This document shows, piece after piece, positions 47,111 to 57,900 of a stretch of 64,000 nucleotides of DNA. Location: contig JAHJQF010000001.1 of assembly GCA_018819405.1 (NCBI GenBank), positions 577,377-641,376 on the forward strand, read 5' to 3'. The notes below the pieces were generated by a model. It saw only the letters and a list, made by a program, of their open reading frames with translations. It searched no databases and was not told the origin of the DNA. Made by a program: the position numbers and the translations under genes. Each line of letters begins with the position of its first letter. The stretch's first letter is position 1. The DNA comes from Patescibacteria group bacterium (GTDB taxonomy: Bacteria; Patescibacteriota; Patescibacteriia; UBA1558; GWA2-36-10).

Positions 47111-47407
47111 ATGTCTAACAAATATCAACATTTTAATAATGCCCAGGCTGAGCTAGATTTTCATAATCGTGGCCCAATGACCAATCAGCAGATTGTTGAT
47201 TTGGCCGATAAATTTATTCATCAATCAGCGTCTGAGGGATGTAGGACTATAGCTATTATTACGGGTGTAGGTATACATTCCAAAAATGGTCCGGTCATAA
47301 AACCATTAATTGAAGATTTACTTAGAAGTCATCCCTTGGTTCTCAGTTTTGCTGAAGGAAAATTTGCTCAAGGTGGGCAAGGAATGTTTAAAATTAAATT
47401 GCTTTAA
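47111..47407 (+). CDS. Stand-alone Smr-domain protein
   Basis: LDFH, IITGVGIHS, GGQG. Confidence 0.85.
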   Translation: MSNKYQHFNNAQAELDFHNRGPMTNQQIVDLADKFIHQSASEGCRTIAIITGVGIHSKNGPVIKPLIEDLLRSHPLVLSFAEGKFAQGGQGMFKIKLL

Positions 47408-47474
47408 TATTTTACTCAGCCGTGTTTGATACGGTTTTTTATAAAAAGTTTTTAATATAAATAAACTATTTTGT

Positions 47475-47507
47475 CAACCTGCGAGCTTGGGTCAACCTCG
47501 CAGGTTG
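47475..47507. repeat. REP-like inverted repeat related to the palindrome at 11754
   Basis: CAACCTGCGAG-N11-CTCGCAGGTTG. Confidence 0.7.
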
Positions 47508-47649
47508 TAGTAGAACTTTTTGTTAAAATGTTGTATAATATATTTATTCTTTTAGGTGTTTATAAAATTATATATAAAAATTTATTAGTTTTTTAGCACG
47601 GTTTATAAAACACGTGGTATTTTTTTTATAAAAAATTCTAAAGAGTAAA

Positions 47650-48627
47650 ATGGCAAACAAAAACATAATAGAAAAATTACAATTAGCTGATTTACGCGGT
47701 AGAGGTGGCGCTAATTTTCCCACTTATATAAAATGGCAGACTGTTTTGGAAGCAAAAGGTAAAATTACTTATATTTTGGCCAATGGTAGTGAAGGAGAGC
47801 CGGCTACCATGAAAGACGCTTATATTATTGAAAATTATGCTGAGGATTTGATTGACGGCATCAAGATTGCTTTGGGCGTCTTCAAAAACAGTCAAGCTTT
47901 TATTTATTTACGCAAAGATTATTTCAAAAAATACAAAAGAAAATTGGAAAAATTGATTGGTGATTTGCCGATTACAGTTGTCCGAGAAAAAGGTGGTTAT
48001 TTGTCTGGTGAAGAAACAACAGCTTGTCAGGAGATAGAAAAAAAGATTCGTCGTCCACGACTGAGGCCACCATATCCAGGTCAGGCCGGTATTTTTGGTA
48101 TGCCTACTTTGATAAATAATATTGAGACTTTTTATTATATATCTCAAATTGCCAAAGATAAATACAAAAAAAATAGATTTTATACTATCTTGGGCAAAGT
48201 AAAAAATAAAGGAGTTTTTGAATTACCTATCAACTGGCCAATAGCCAAAATACTTCAGGAAACTGGCAACTGGCCAAAATTTGAATTTTTTTTACAAGTA
48301 GGCGGTGGAGCCAGCGGTGAAATACTTTTGGCCAATGAAACAAAACAACTGGCCGGTGGGAGTGGTTCAATAGTTGTTTATGACAAAAATCAAACAGATC
48401 CTTGGGATCTTATGAGAAATTGGTTGGATTTTTTTATGAATGAAAATTGTGACAAATGTACACCCTGTCGTGAAGGTACCTATCGTTTGATGCAAATGGT
48501 CAGAGACAGAAAATTTGATGAGCAGATTTTGGATGATCTTTTATTTGTTTTGGAAAATACTAGTTTTTGTGCCTTGGGCAAGTCAGTAGCTATGCCATTT
48601 AGGTCGGCAGTTAAAAAATTATTATGA
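47650..48627 (+). CDS. NuoF/HydB-like FMN/NADH-binding subunit (short form)
   Basis: LRGRGGANFPT, SEGEP, YLSGEET, INNIET, CDKCTPCREG...SFCALG. Confidence 0.9.
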   Translation: MANKNIIEKLQLADLRGRGGANFPTYIKWQTVLEAKGKITYILANGSEGEPATMKDAYIIENYAEDLIDGIKIALGVFKNSQAFIYLRKDYFKKYKRKLEKLIGDLPITVVREKGGYLSGEETTACQEIEKKIRRPRLRPPYPGQAGIFGMPTLINNIETFYYISQIAKDKYKKNRFYTILGKVKNKGVFELPINWPIAKILQETGNWPKFEFFLQVGGGASGEILLANETKQLAGGSGSIVVYDKNQTDPWDLMRNWLDFFMNENCDKCTPCREGTYRLMQMVRDRKFDEQILDDLLFVLENTSFCALGKSVAMPFRSAVKKLL

Positions 48628-50351
48628 AAAATAAAAATATAAACTTAACAATCAACGGCAAAAAATATACAGCCCAAGCAGGGGAGACTATTTTGGATGT
48701 GGCCAGACGCAATAATATTCATATTACTACTCTCTGTTATCATCCGGATGTCAAAATTCAGGGATCTTGTCGTATGTGTATGGTAGAAGTAGAGGGGCAA
48801 AAGGGTTTGCAGGCTTCTTGTACTACTCCGGTGTCTGAAGGGATGAAAATTATTACAGATTCAGAAAATATTTATCGGGCAAAAAAAGTAAATTTAGAAT
48901 TGGTTTTTTCTGAACATTGTGAGGAATGTAATGATTGTCTGTATTTTCAGGATTGCAATATAAAAAAATATGCTAAAGATAGCAAAGCAAAAATTACCAG
49001 ATTTCCTGACAGAAAAAAAAGCTATCCAGTCCACAAATTCGGACCAGCCATAGAATTTGATTCTTCCAAGTGCATTGATTGCGGACTGTGTGTAGAAATT
49101 TGCAAAAAAGAAGGTGTAGATTTTTTGGAGTTTAAGAAAAAAGGCAAGTTTTATGAAGTCTTGCCGTCAGCTAAAATTTCTAAAGATTGTATATATTGCG
49201 GGCAATGCCTGACTCATTGTCCAGTGGGAGCTTTTGAAGGAGTGGGCGAATTTGAAGATGTAGATAAATATATTGATTTCAAAGGCAAAACAGTAGTATT
49301 TCAGTTTGCTCCGTCAATACGCTCTACTATTGGAGAAGAATTTGGTATGCCATATGGGTCAGTAGTTACTGGCAAATTGATAGCGGCTATTCAAGCACTG
49401 GGGATTAAACATGTTTTTGATGTATGTGTAGGAGCGGATATGACCACTATGGAAGAGGCCAAAGAATTACTTGATAGAATAAAAAATGATAAGCCACTAC
49501 CGATGTTTACTTCTTGTTGTCCGGCTTGGGTAAAATATGTAGAGTTTTTTCGTCCTGATATGATTCCTCATCTGACCACTGTCCGCAGTCCTCAACTTAT
49601 CATGGGCGGTATTATCAAAACATATTGGGCCAAACAAATGGGACTCAAAGCCAAGGATATTATAGTAGTAGGTGTGATGCCCTGTGTAGCCAAAAAATAT
49701 GAGATAGAAAGAAGTCAGGTCAAGATAAATGGCATCAAGCCAGTTGACCAGATACTGACTACTCGTGAGCTGGCTTATCTTTTTAGAAAAAAGAAAATAG
49801 ATTTTAAAAATATCAAACCAGTCAAACCCAACTCTCCGATTCATGCTTCCAGTGGGGCAGCAGTAATTTATGGAGCGTCAGGTGGTGTGATGGAATCAGC
49901 CTTACGGGCAGCCTATCGCATGGCTACCGGCAAAGCAATGCCAAATTTGCAACTCAAACAGGTCAGGGGGATTAAGGGTTTTAAAAAAGCCAATATTAAA
50001 ATAGGAAAAAAGACTTTGAAGGTAGGAGTAGTCAACGGTATTAGTAATGCCAAGCGAATTTTAGAGGAGCTAGAAGCCAATCCCAAAGCCTATGATTATG
50101 TAGAAGTAATGGCTTGTTTTGGTGGTTGTATTGGTGGTGGTGGTCAGCCAGTACCAGTAGATGATGAAATCAGAATAAAGCGCTCCCAAGCTTTGTATGG
50201 AGTTGATGACAGACAAAAAGTACGTAGTGCCGAAGCCAATCCTATTATACAAAAGCTGTACAAAGAATTTTTTAAAGATCACATTACTACTCATTCAATT
50301 TGCCATACCTCATTTGTCAAAAAGAAAAAAGAGGTATATCCTAAAAAATAA
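48624..50351 (+). CDS. hydA: [FeFe]-hydrogenase group A catalytic subunit
   Basis: H-cluster motifs FTSCCPAW, MPCVAKKYE, EVMACFGGCIGGGGQP; N-terminal 2Fe-2S, HxxxCxxC and 2x[4Fe-4S] motifs. Confidence 0.93.
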   Translation: MKNKNINLTINGKKYTAQAGETILDVARRNNIHITTLCYHPDVKIQGSCRMCMVEVEGQKGLQASCTTPVSEGMKIITDSENIYRAKKVNLELVFSEHCEECNDCLYFQDCNIKKYAKDSKAKITRFPDRKKSYPVHKFGPAIEFDSSKCIDCGLCVEICKKEGVDFLEFKKKGKFYEVLPSAKISKDCIYCGQCLTHCPVGAFEGVGEFEDVDKYIDFKGKTVVFQFAPSIRSTIGEEFGMPYGSVVTGKLIAAIQALGIKHVFDVCVGADMTTMEEAKELLDRIKNDKPLPMFTSCCPAWVKYVEFFRPDMIPHLTTVRSPQLIMGGIIKTYWAKQMGLKAKDIIVVGVMPCVAKKYEIERSQVKINGIKPVDQILTTRELAYLFRKKKIDFKNIKPVKPNSPIHASSGAAVIYGASGGVMESALRAAYRMATGKAMPNLQLKQVRGIKGFKKANIKIGKKTLKVGVVNGISNAKRILEELEANPKAYDYVEVMACFGGCIGGGGQPVPVDDEIRIKRSQALYGVDDRQKVRSAEANPIIQKLYKEFFKDHITTHSICHTSFVKKKKEVYPKK

Positions 50352-50363
50352 CAAGACAAAAAT

Positions 50364-50876
50364 ATGACATTTACCAGAACTTTAGCTTTGGATAGAGCCA
50401 AAACAATCGCTATTATACAATTTGTTACCTTGTTAAGTATTGCTACAGTTGCGCCCTTTTTTCATCAGCAGTGGCTGACCGGGCCGATTGTCAATGCCAT
50501 GTTTTTGATAGCCGTAGCACTTTTGGGTACAGAGAGCGCAATTTTTTTGGCGCTGCTACCTAGTACTATTGCTTTGTCAGTCGGTATGTTGCCGGCAATT
50601 TTGGCACCGATGATTCCTTTTATAATAATTAGTAATACCATTCTGATTTTAGGTTTTTCTTATTTGAGGGACAAAAACTTTTGGCTTGGTGTGATAGTTG
50701 CTAGTTTCTTGAAATACCTTTTTCTTTGGTCAACCAGTTTTGTTGTAATAAATTTACTTATAAAAAAAGAATTAGCTACCAATGTCTCAGCTATGATGAG
50801 CTGGCCACAGTTTGTAACGGCAGTTTTAGGAGGAGTGATTGCCTACGGATTTTTGAAAAGCATCAAGAAAATATAA
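50364..50876 (+). CDS. ECF S-component-like membrane protein linked to the hydrogenase
   Basis: Five-six TM helices; QQWLTGPIVNA, WPQFVTAVLGG. Confidence 0.65.
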   Translation: MTFTRTLALDRAKTIAIIQFVTLLSIATVAPFFHQQWLTGPIVNAMFLIAVALLGTESAIFLALLPSTIALSVGMLPAILAPMIPFIIISNTILILGFSYLRDKNFWLGVIVASFLKYLFLWSTSFVVINLLIKKELATNVSAMMSWPQFVTAVLGGVIAYGFLKSIKKI

Positions 50877-50936
50877 ATTACAGATTTTAAATACCCCACA
50901 ACAGTCCTTACCCACCAGCTTAAGGAGGTGATTTAG

Positions 50937-51191
50937 ATGAGTCAGGGTAGTATCGACAGGGAAGGAGCCTTCATCGACATCACAGTGCCTGTCGAATTTG
51001 CCCAGGAAATTCGTGACCGACTAAGTCAGTGCGAGTCTTACACTCTTGATCAAAACAATTGTCATCAGGATCAGGAGGTGGCGCACATACGCATAATCCT
51101 CAAGGTCATGTCCAGAGGGGCATGTTACCAGAAGATCAAGGAGATCGGTCAAGAATTAGGGATTTCTGTCTTGGACAAGACAGCAGGCTGA
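50937..51191 (+). CDS. Small GC-richer ORFan
   Basis: Extended SD TAAGGAGGTGA before ATG; 84 aa. Confidence 0.6.
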   Translation: MSQGSIDREGAFIDITVPVEFAQEIRDRLSQCESYTLDQNNCHQDQEVAHIRIILKVMSRGACYQKIKEIGQELGISVLDKTAG

Positions 51192-51237
51192 AAAAAATTC
51201 CCCGCGAAGCGAAGCTTCGCGGGGAATAATTTTTTTT
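51191..51237. terminator. Bidirectional terminator
   Basis: ATTCCCCGCGAAGC-GAA-GCTTCGCGGGGAAT with A- and T-tracts. Confidence 0.88.
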
Positions 51238-52687
51238 ATCTTTCTATTAGTGGCATAGGAACACCAGGTTGATCTATAGGTGTGAGTCGGCTATCTACAA
51301 TATCTTTGGCCAGGGGTACTACTACTGTTTCTTTGTAGTAATATCCCTCAGTCGGTTGTTCTAGGACTGGAAATACTAGGGCTGGCACAAACAATTGATA
51401 TGATTGCATTCCATCGTAGTGCCAGGCGCTGGTATAAGCTAGTTTTGGTTCGCCTAATTTTACTTCTACGATTTCTGAATCTTGGGCATAATATATTGGC
51501 CATCCACCACCTTGTTCAGCTAGTTTTTTCAGTCGGTTGGTGTCAGTTTCCATGTCATAAAGGGAGCTTTGGTATTTTTGACTGCTAATACCCCAGGCGC
51601 CTGATGCTCTATTTTCACGGATATTTATATTCACCCTTAGACCAAATTTTCCACCATATTCTTCGTATATTTCCTGTTCATTTATAATTTGTGGGTAAAC
51701 TACTGATATCATCTCAGGTATGTAATAATAGTCCTTTTCTGGTGAGTTTTCATAATATAATCTCCATTGATTGTCCACGCTTGGCTCGCCGTATTGGCTG
51801 ATGTCTATTTTTTTATCAGCCAAAAATTTGTCGGCAATACTTATTAATTTTTCGTCACTTGGTATTTGTTCTATTTTTATAGGCTCATTATATTGAGGTT
51901 GTGGCCATCTTTCCCAGTTTTCTGAAATAGAAATTATACCTTCATATAAATCTACATATAGTGAATATCCGTAGTCTCTATCTTCCGTAATATTGAAGTT
52001 TCTGAGCTGGGTATTTTTGAATGAACTCATATTGAGATCTTCAAATTTTGTCTGTTGTATCATTTGAGCTAGTGATGAAGCAGCACTGGAGCCTTTTATT
52101 TTTTTGTATACTGGCAGTTGTGACTGATCAAAATCAATTTCACCATCATAAATATATTTGTATGATACAGGCATAGGAGCAATCATTTTGCTGTCAGCCA
52201 TGGCAGAATCTGTGCCGGTGATACCGCCACCTCCACCCAAGCCTGCGGCCTCAGCAGTAGGAGCAGTGCCTCCTGAATTATCAGTTAAAGAGCCAAAAGC
52301 TCTATCTTGTATTGGTAGTACTTCAAAAGAAAAATTTGCCTTTTCAGTTTTATTGGCTAGTTTGAGTTGGCCAGGAGTATCTTTTGATAAATTTGGTAGA
52401 ACTATTAAAAGAACGACTAAGGCAGCGCCCCCAAGGGCATAAAATAATTTATTCATAAAATTGTTATTAGTTTTTAATTTTTGTTTCATATCATCCTGTT
52501 GTTTTATTTGATTAAATTTTTCCAAAAGCTCACTGCGCAGCTGGCTTTTGAATGATTCGTCAAATTTTACTTTTGGACGAGAAGCAATCAGTGATTCTAT
52601 TATTTTTATGAGCTCTGGTTCATATTTTTTTAGGCTTTTGTCAGCCAAGTAGAGCTCGTCTAAAATTGTTTGTATATTTTTGTCCAT
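51236..52687 (-). CDS. Membrane-anchored putative anti-sigma factor
   Basis: Directly downstream of the ECF sigma; FKSQLRSEL cytoplasmic helix, single TM, large extracytoplasmic domain. Confidence 0.6.
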   Translation of the reverse strand: MDKNIQTILDELYLADKSLKKYEPELIKIIESLIASRPKVKFDESFKSQLRSELLEKFNQIKQQDDMKQKLKTNNNFMNKLFYALGGAALVVLLIVLPNLSKDTPGQLKLANKTEKANFSFEVLPIQDRAFGSLTDNSGGTAPTAEAAGLGGGGGITGTDSAMADSKMIAPMPVSYKYIYDGEIDFDQSQLPVYKKIKGSSAASSLAQMIQQTKFEDLNMSSFKNTQLRNFNITEDRDYGYSLYVDLYEGIISISENWERWPQPQYNEPIKIEQIPSDEKLISIADKFLADKKIDISQYGEPSVDNQWRLYYENSPEKDYYYIPEMISVVYPQIINEQEIYEEYGGKFGLRVNINIRENRASGAWGISSQKYQSSLYDMETDTNRLKKLAEQGGGWPIYYAQDSEIVEVKLGEPKLAYTSAWHYDGMQSYQLFVPALVFPVLEQPTEGYYYKETVVVPLAKDIVDSRLTPIDQPGVPMPLIER

Positions 52688-52691
52688 ATTT

Positions 52692-53246
52692 TTAATTGAT
52701 GATTAGAGTAATAAATAATATGAGAATTGTTAGAGACAACTTGAGTTGTTTTATGGCTCGGGAAAATGTCATTTTGCAGCTACCTTCTGATTTGCCGACA
52801 ATCTGAGATATTTCTTTGTATGACAGTTCATTCCAGACACGCATTATAATTATTTCTTTTTGCTGAGGACTTAGGCTGTCAAGTTTTTCAGTTATTTTTT
52901 CTAGCTCTTGTTTTTGACTGATGTTTTCTTCTAATTTTTTGTCATCATAAGTCATAAAATTTTCTTCTAGGCTAGTAGTTTCTTTGTTTGATCGGTAATA
53001 ATCTATTAGGTTGTTTCTGGCAATTTTATATAGCCAGGCTGAAAAAAAGCTAGAGGACGTATCAAAGCTTTGTATTTTTTCTAAGGCCTTGCTAAAAGTC
53101 AGACTGGTTAGATCTTCGGAAGTTTCTTTGTGGCTAGTTTTGTAATAAATGAAACGGTAAATTTTTTGAAAGTATTTGTCGTAGAGCTGACCAAAGGCAG
53201 CGCTGTCGCCATTTTGACAATTTAGGATTAATTGTTTTTCTTCCAT
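52692..53246 (-). CDS. ECF RNA polymerase sigma factor
   Basis: AFGQLYDKY, EDLTS, FSAWLYKIARN, LSYKEISQI. Confidence 0.93.
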   Translation of the reverse strand: MEEKQLILNCQNGDSAAFGQLYDKYFQKIYRFIYYKTSHKETSEDLTSLTFSKALEKIQSFDTSSSFFSAWLYKIARNNLIDYYRSNKETTSLEENFMTYDDKKLEENISQKQELEKITEKLDSLSPQQKEIIIMRVWNELSYKEISQIVGKSEGSCKMTFSRAIKQLKLSLTILILFITLIIN

Positions 53247-53361
53247 ATTTTTGTTATCTCACTATATTATAACGAATTTTTCGTAAAAAGGTAACATATA
53301 TTGACAAAAAAGCTAAAAAATGCTAATTTGGGCAGACTTATTATAATATTAAAATCTAAAT

Positions 53362-54981
53362 ATGAAGACTTATTCACTAAAAATTCGTTTCTTATCAATT
53401 TTGTTGATTTTGCCATTTTTTTTGGCTGGATGTGGACAAAATAATGATGAACAGACAGAAACTACTATTAAAAAGAAAGTAGAAGTACAACAGGTTGTAA
53501 AACAAAATCAGGTTTCATCCAAGCTTTTGGCTAGTGGTACAGTAGTCCCAAAAGAATATAGCTTGATTCGCTCTCTTACTCCTGGAACCATAGAATATTT
53601 AGCTCCGGTGGGTTCGGAAGTAGTGGCCGGACAGCCGCTATTTTCTATAAAAGATTCGGGAGTAGAAAATAATTATTATAATAGTTTAAATAATTTTCAA
53701 CAAACTCAGATAACTAGTAATCAGCGTATTCAACAAGCCGAGCTGGGTGTAAATAATGCTAAAGCTAGGTTGGATTTAGCTAGAGTTCAATACGATAATA
53801 CTGTTATTCAAACTGAACAGAATACTGGCAACATAGAAAATTCGGCTATTGTTGCCTATGGTTCAGCTTATAATACTTTAAGCCAGTTTTTATTGTTTTT
53901 AAATAGTAGTGTTAGCTTTGATAATCCAGTATATATTTATGAAAATATATTGACAGCTCAATATCAATTTTCAGTAGATACTAGATGGCAGTTTTTAAAG
54001 TCTGTTAATGAATATAAAACTTTAGCTACTCAGATAAGTTTGGAAAATTTGGATGGTGATTTATTTAAAATGCACAAAGTACTTTTAGAAAGTAAGTTGT
54101 CGGTAGATAATACTATTATTTTATTACAAAATGCTATACCAGGCGCTAATTTTACATCAACAAGTATAGAAAATGATAAATTAATTATAGCTGGTTACCA
54201 AACATCTATTAATCAACATTTATCTAATATTATTAGTATTATAAATAGTGTAGAAAATATTAAAATAACAAATAGTCTAGCCATAAATAATTCTCAAGCG
54301 CAGCTTGATTTGGCAGAAATAGAATATAAAAATTCTGAAATTGCTTTACAAAATGCCAAAGATGGAGCTGACTTGGAGCAAAGCATATCTCAATCACAGT
54401 TTGATATGGCCGCTTATAGCTATAATAATTTATCAATGCCCTCACCTTTTAGTGGTACAATTTTGTCGCATTTTGTCACTGAGGGTGAGCAAGTATCAGT
54501 CGGAAAAGAGCTGGTGGAAATTGGTAATCTTTCTTTGGTAGAAATTAGCGTTGATGTAGATGTAGATTTTGCCAAAGCTATAAAACTTGGCGATGAAGTA
54601 ACTATTGATCAAAAATATAAAGGCATTGTTTCAGAGATTGAGCCGATTGGTGATCTAAAAAGTGGCAAAATCAGCGTCACAGTGCAAAGCCAGGAGGCCG
54701 GTGATGGTCTAGTGGCTAGTAGTATTGCTGAAGTAGAATTCAATCTTCTCTATGAGGGGCTTGATACCATGGTCATTCCTATAAAATCCGCTACTATTGA
54801 AGCTTCTGGAAATTATGTTTATACAGTAGAGGACGGAAAAATTGTCAGAAAAAATGTGACTTTGGGTCAAATATATGGTGACAAAGTATCTGTAGTTAGT
54901 GGTCTGGAAGAAGGTGAAAATCTGGTGATTTTAAATGGTGTATTTGTTTCCAGTGGAGAAGAAGTGGAAGTCATTGAATAA
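53362..54981 (+). CDS. RND efflux membrane fusion protein (lipoprotein) with long helical hairpin
   Basis: LAGC lipobox; SPFSGTI, IPIKS, VVSGLEEGE. Confidence 0.88.
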   Translation: MKTYSLKIRFLSILLILPFFLAGCGQNNDEQTETTIKKKVEVQQVVKQNQVSSKLLASGTVVPKEYSLIRSLTPGTIEYLAPVGSEVVAGQPLFSIKDSGVENNYYNSLNNFQQTQITSNQRIQQAELGVNNAKARLDLARVQYDNTVIQTEQNTGNIENSAIVAYGSAYNTLSQFLLFLNSSVSFDNPVYIYENILTAQYQFSVDTRWQFLKSVNEYKTLATQISLENLDGDLFKMHKVLLESKLSVDNTIILLQNAIPGANFTSTSIENDKLIIAGYQTSINQHLSNIISIINSVENIKITNSLAINNSQAQLDLAEIEYKNSEIALQNAKDGADLEQSISQSQFDMAAYSYNNLSMPSPFSGTILSHFVTEGEQVSVGKELVEIGNLSLVEISVDVDVDFAKAIKLGDEVTIDQKYKGIVSEIEPIGDLKSGKISVTVQSQEAGDGLVASSIAEVEFNLLYEGLDTMVIPIKSATIEASGNYVYTVEDGKIVRKNVTLGQIYGDKVSVVSGLEEGENLVILNGVFVSSGEEVEVIE

Positions 54982-54986
54982 TATTT

Positions 54987-57900
54987 ATGAATGAGAATAA
55001 TATAGAAAATAAAAAAGACGAAGCAAAGAATAAATTTGCTCATCAAGCTATTATTAGAACTCGTAAGAGTTTTAAGGGTTATTTTATTACTCATTTTAGG
55101 GTAATAATTTTGATGATTTCGGCTATTGTGATTATGGGTGCTTTGGCTTTGGCAAGTATTCCTCGCGAATCAGATCCAGAAGTCAAAATTCCTATTGCAG
55201 TTGTGACAACTGTTTATCCCGGAGCCAGTCCAGCTGATGTGGAAAATCTAGTGACTGATGAGATAGAAAATAGACTGGAGGAACTAGATAATGTCAAACT
55301 TATTACTTCAGCTTCTAGAAATAGTATTTCCTCAATTACTGTAGAGTTTGAGGCCGAGGCAAATCTTGATGACAGTATCAGAGAGTTAAAAGATAAAGTA
55401 GGCGAAGTCACTGGTTTGCCAGGGGATGCGGAAGATCCAGTAGTGACCCAAATAAGAGCCAATGATTACCCTATCATTACATTTTCTCTTTCTGGTGATT
55501 TGACTGATAATCAGTTCAAACAATTGGGGGAAATAGTTCAAGATGAACTAGAGGGTATTTCTGGAGTTTCCAAAGTGCCTTTACTTGGTGTCAGAGACAA
55601 GGAATTTTCAGTCTTGGTTGATAAGACTGCTTTGTCCCGTTTGAATTTGTCTTTATCAACAATAGTTGGTGCAATCAGAGCTTCTAATCTGGATATGCCG
55701 CTGGGCAATATTGATATAGATGATTTGCATTATAATATCAGATCTGTTGGTAAATTGAATGATATTGATAATCTAAAAAACGTCGTTGTAGCCAACAACA
55801 ATGGTCAGATTGTGCTTTTGAAGGATATTGCACAGGTCAATGAACAATTTGTAGACCGTAGCAATATTTCTAGGATTTCTATTGCTGGTGAAACGACTCA
55901 AGAAAATATATCTTTGCAGATTTACAAAAAGACTGGTGGGAATATATTGGACATTGTTGATAGTGCCAAGGCCAAAGTAAATATGCTAAGTGATGAGAAA
56001 GTAATTCCTGACAATGTAAAAATAGAAATAAACAGTGACTATTCTTCTTTTATCCGTGATGATTTGCATACTTTGGGAAGCAGTGGAATACAGGCTACAA
56101 TTTTGATATTTATTATCATGTTTATAGCCTTGAGTTTTAAGGAAGCTATTATTGCCCTATTGGCTATTCCGCTCAGTCTTTTGATTACTATCATAGCTTT
56201 ATATTTTTCTGGTTATACCTTAAACAGTATGTCTCTTTATGCTCTGGTGTTGTCACTGGGACTTTTGGTGGACGCTTTTATAGTGGTACTTGAAGGAATA
56301 TTTCATAATATTCGCGAAGGTTATTCTTCCAAGGATGCCGCGCTTTTGTCAGTAGCTCACTATAGCGGTCCGGTGACATCGGGCATGCTTACTACTGTAG
56401 CGGCTTTTTTCCCTATGCTTCTGGTCAGTGGTATTTTGGGAGAATATTTAAAAATATTTCCAATTACAATTGGCATTACTTTGACGGCGTCTTTATTTGT
56501 ATCTTTGATTTTAGTGCCCTCTTTTGCTTCTATATTTTTGAAGAAAAGTCAGTTTGTAGGCACAGCCAAAGAAAGTATTTTGGAAAAATATGTCACCAAT
56601 AAACTCAGAAGACTTTATCGTAAAAATATTACTATTTTTTTGAGAAGCAAAAAATCAAAATTTAGGTTTTCTATAATTCTGACAATTTTGTTTGTAGCCT
56701 CTTTGGGACTTTTGGTAACCCAGACTATACCAGTACAGCTTTTCCCAAAGATGGATGCCGATTTTGCTTATGTTGATATAAAAATGCCGATTGGTACTAA
56801 TCTGGAAACAACTAGTCAGCTAGTTTCTCAAATAGAGGAAAAACTGTATAAATATCCAGAAATAAAAAACTTTGTCAGCACTATTGGTCAGTCATCTAGT
56901 ATTGGATCATTTGACCCAAGTAGGTCAAGTGAACATTTGGCCAATATTTCTATTGATTTTGTAGACAAAAAAGAAAGAAGCAAAAAAAGCTATGATATTG
57001 TAGATAGTATCAGAGAAGATATCAAGACAATCAATGAAGGTGATATAAGTATCACTGAATTGTCAGGTGGTCCACCAACTGGTTCTCCAATTGAAGCTAG
57101 AATAAGTGGAGAAGATTTGTTGGTACTTGATAGTATATCAAATAAGGTAAAAAATATTTTGGAAAATACCGAAGGCGTCATCAATGTCAGTAGTAATCAA
57201 GACCTATCACCGGCTGATTTGACTTTTACATTAAATAAAGAAACAGTAGCTAAATCAGGCTTGACCGTGGCTGATGTATCAAATTTACTCAGGACTGCTA
57301 TTTTCGGTGTGACTGCTACAGAAATTTCTCAAGACAATAATGATCTTGATGTAGTAGTAAAACTTGATAAAAATAAAATTGATTCAGTAGAGCAAATAAA
57401 AAATCTGTCACTAATAAACAATTATGGTCAGGAAGTAAAACTTTCTTATTTGGCTGATTTTTCACTGGAGCCGGCTTTGGCTACTATTCGTCATCGTGAT
57501 TTTGAAAGGACAATCAGTGTCAGTGCTGATTTGGCATCAGGATATACGGCGGCCAAAGTTGTGCCAGGGATAGAAGAATTAGTAGCTCAGGAAAATATAG
57601 CCCATGGCTACAGAGTAGATTTTGGAGGAGAAGTAGAGGATATCCAACAGTCATTTACTGAATTATGGAATGCCATGATTGTGGCGGTAATACTAATTTT
57701 GATTATTTTGGTCTTAGAATTTGATTCATTTATACGCACTGGTATCATACTAATGTCACTGCCTTTGATGCTGATTGGTGTGGTAGTCGGTATGGGTATA
57801 TTTGGTCTGCCATTTAGCTTTATGGTATTTTTGGGACTGGTGTCACTAGCTGGTATTGGAGTCAATGATGCAATAGTGCTAATGGATAAGACCAAAAGAA

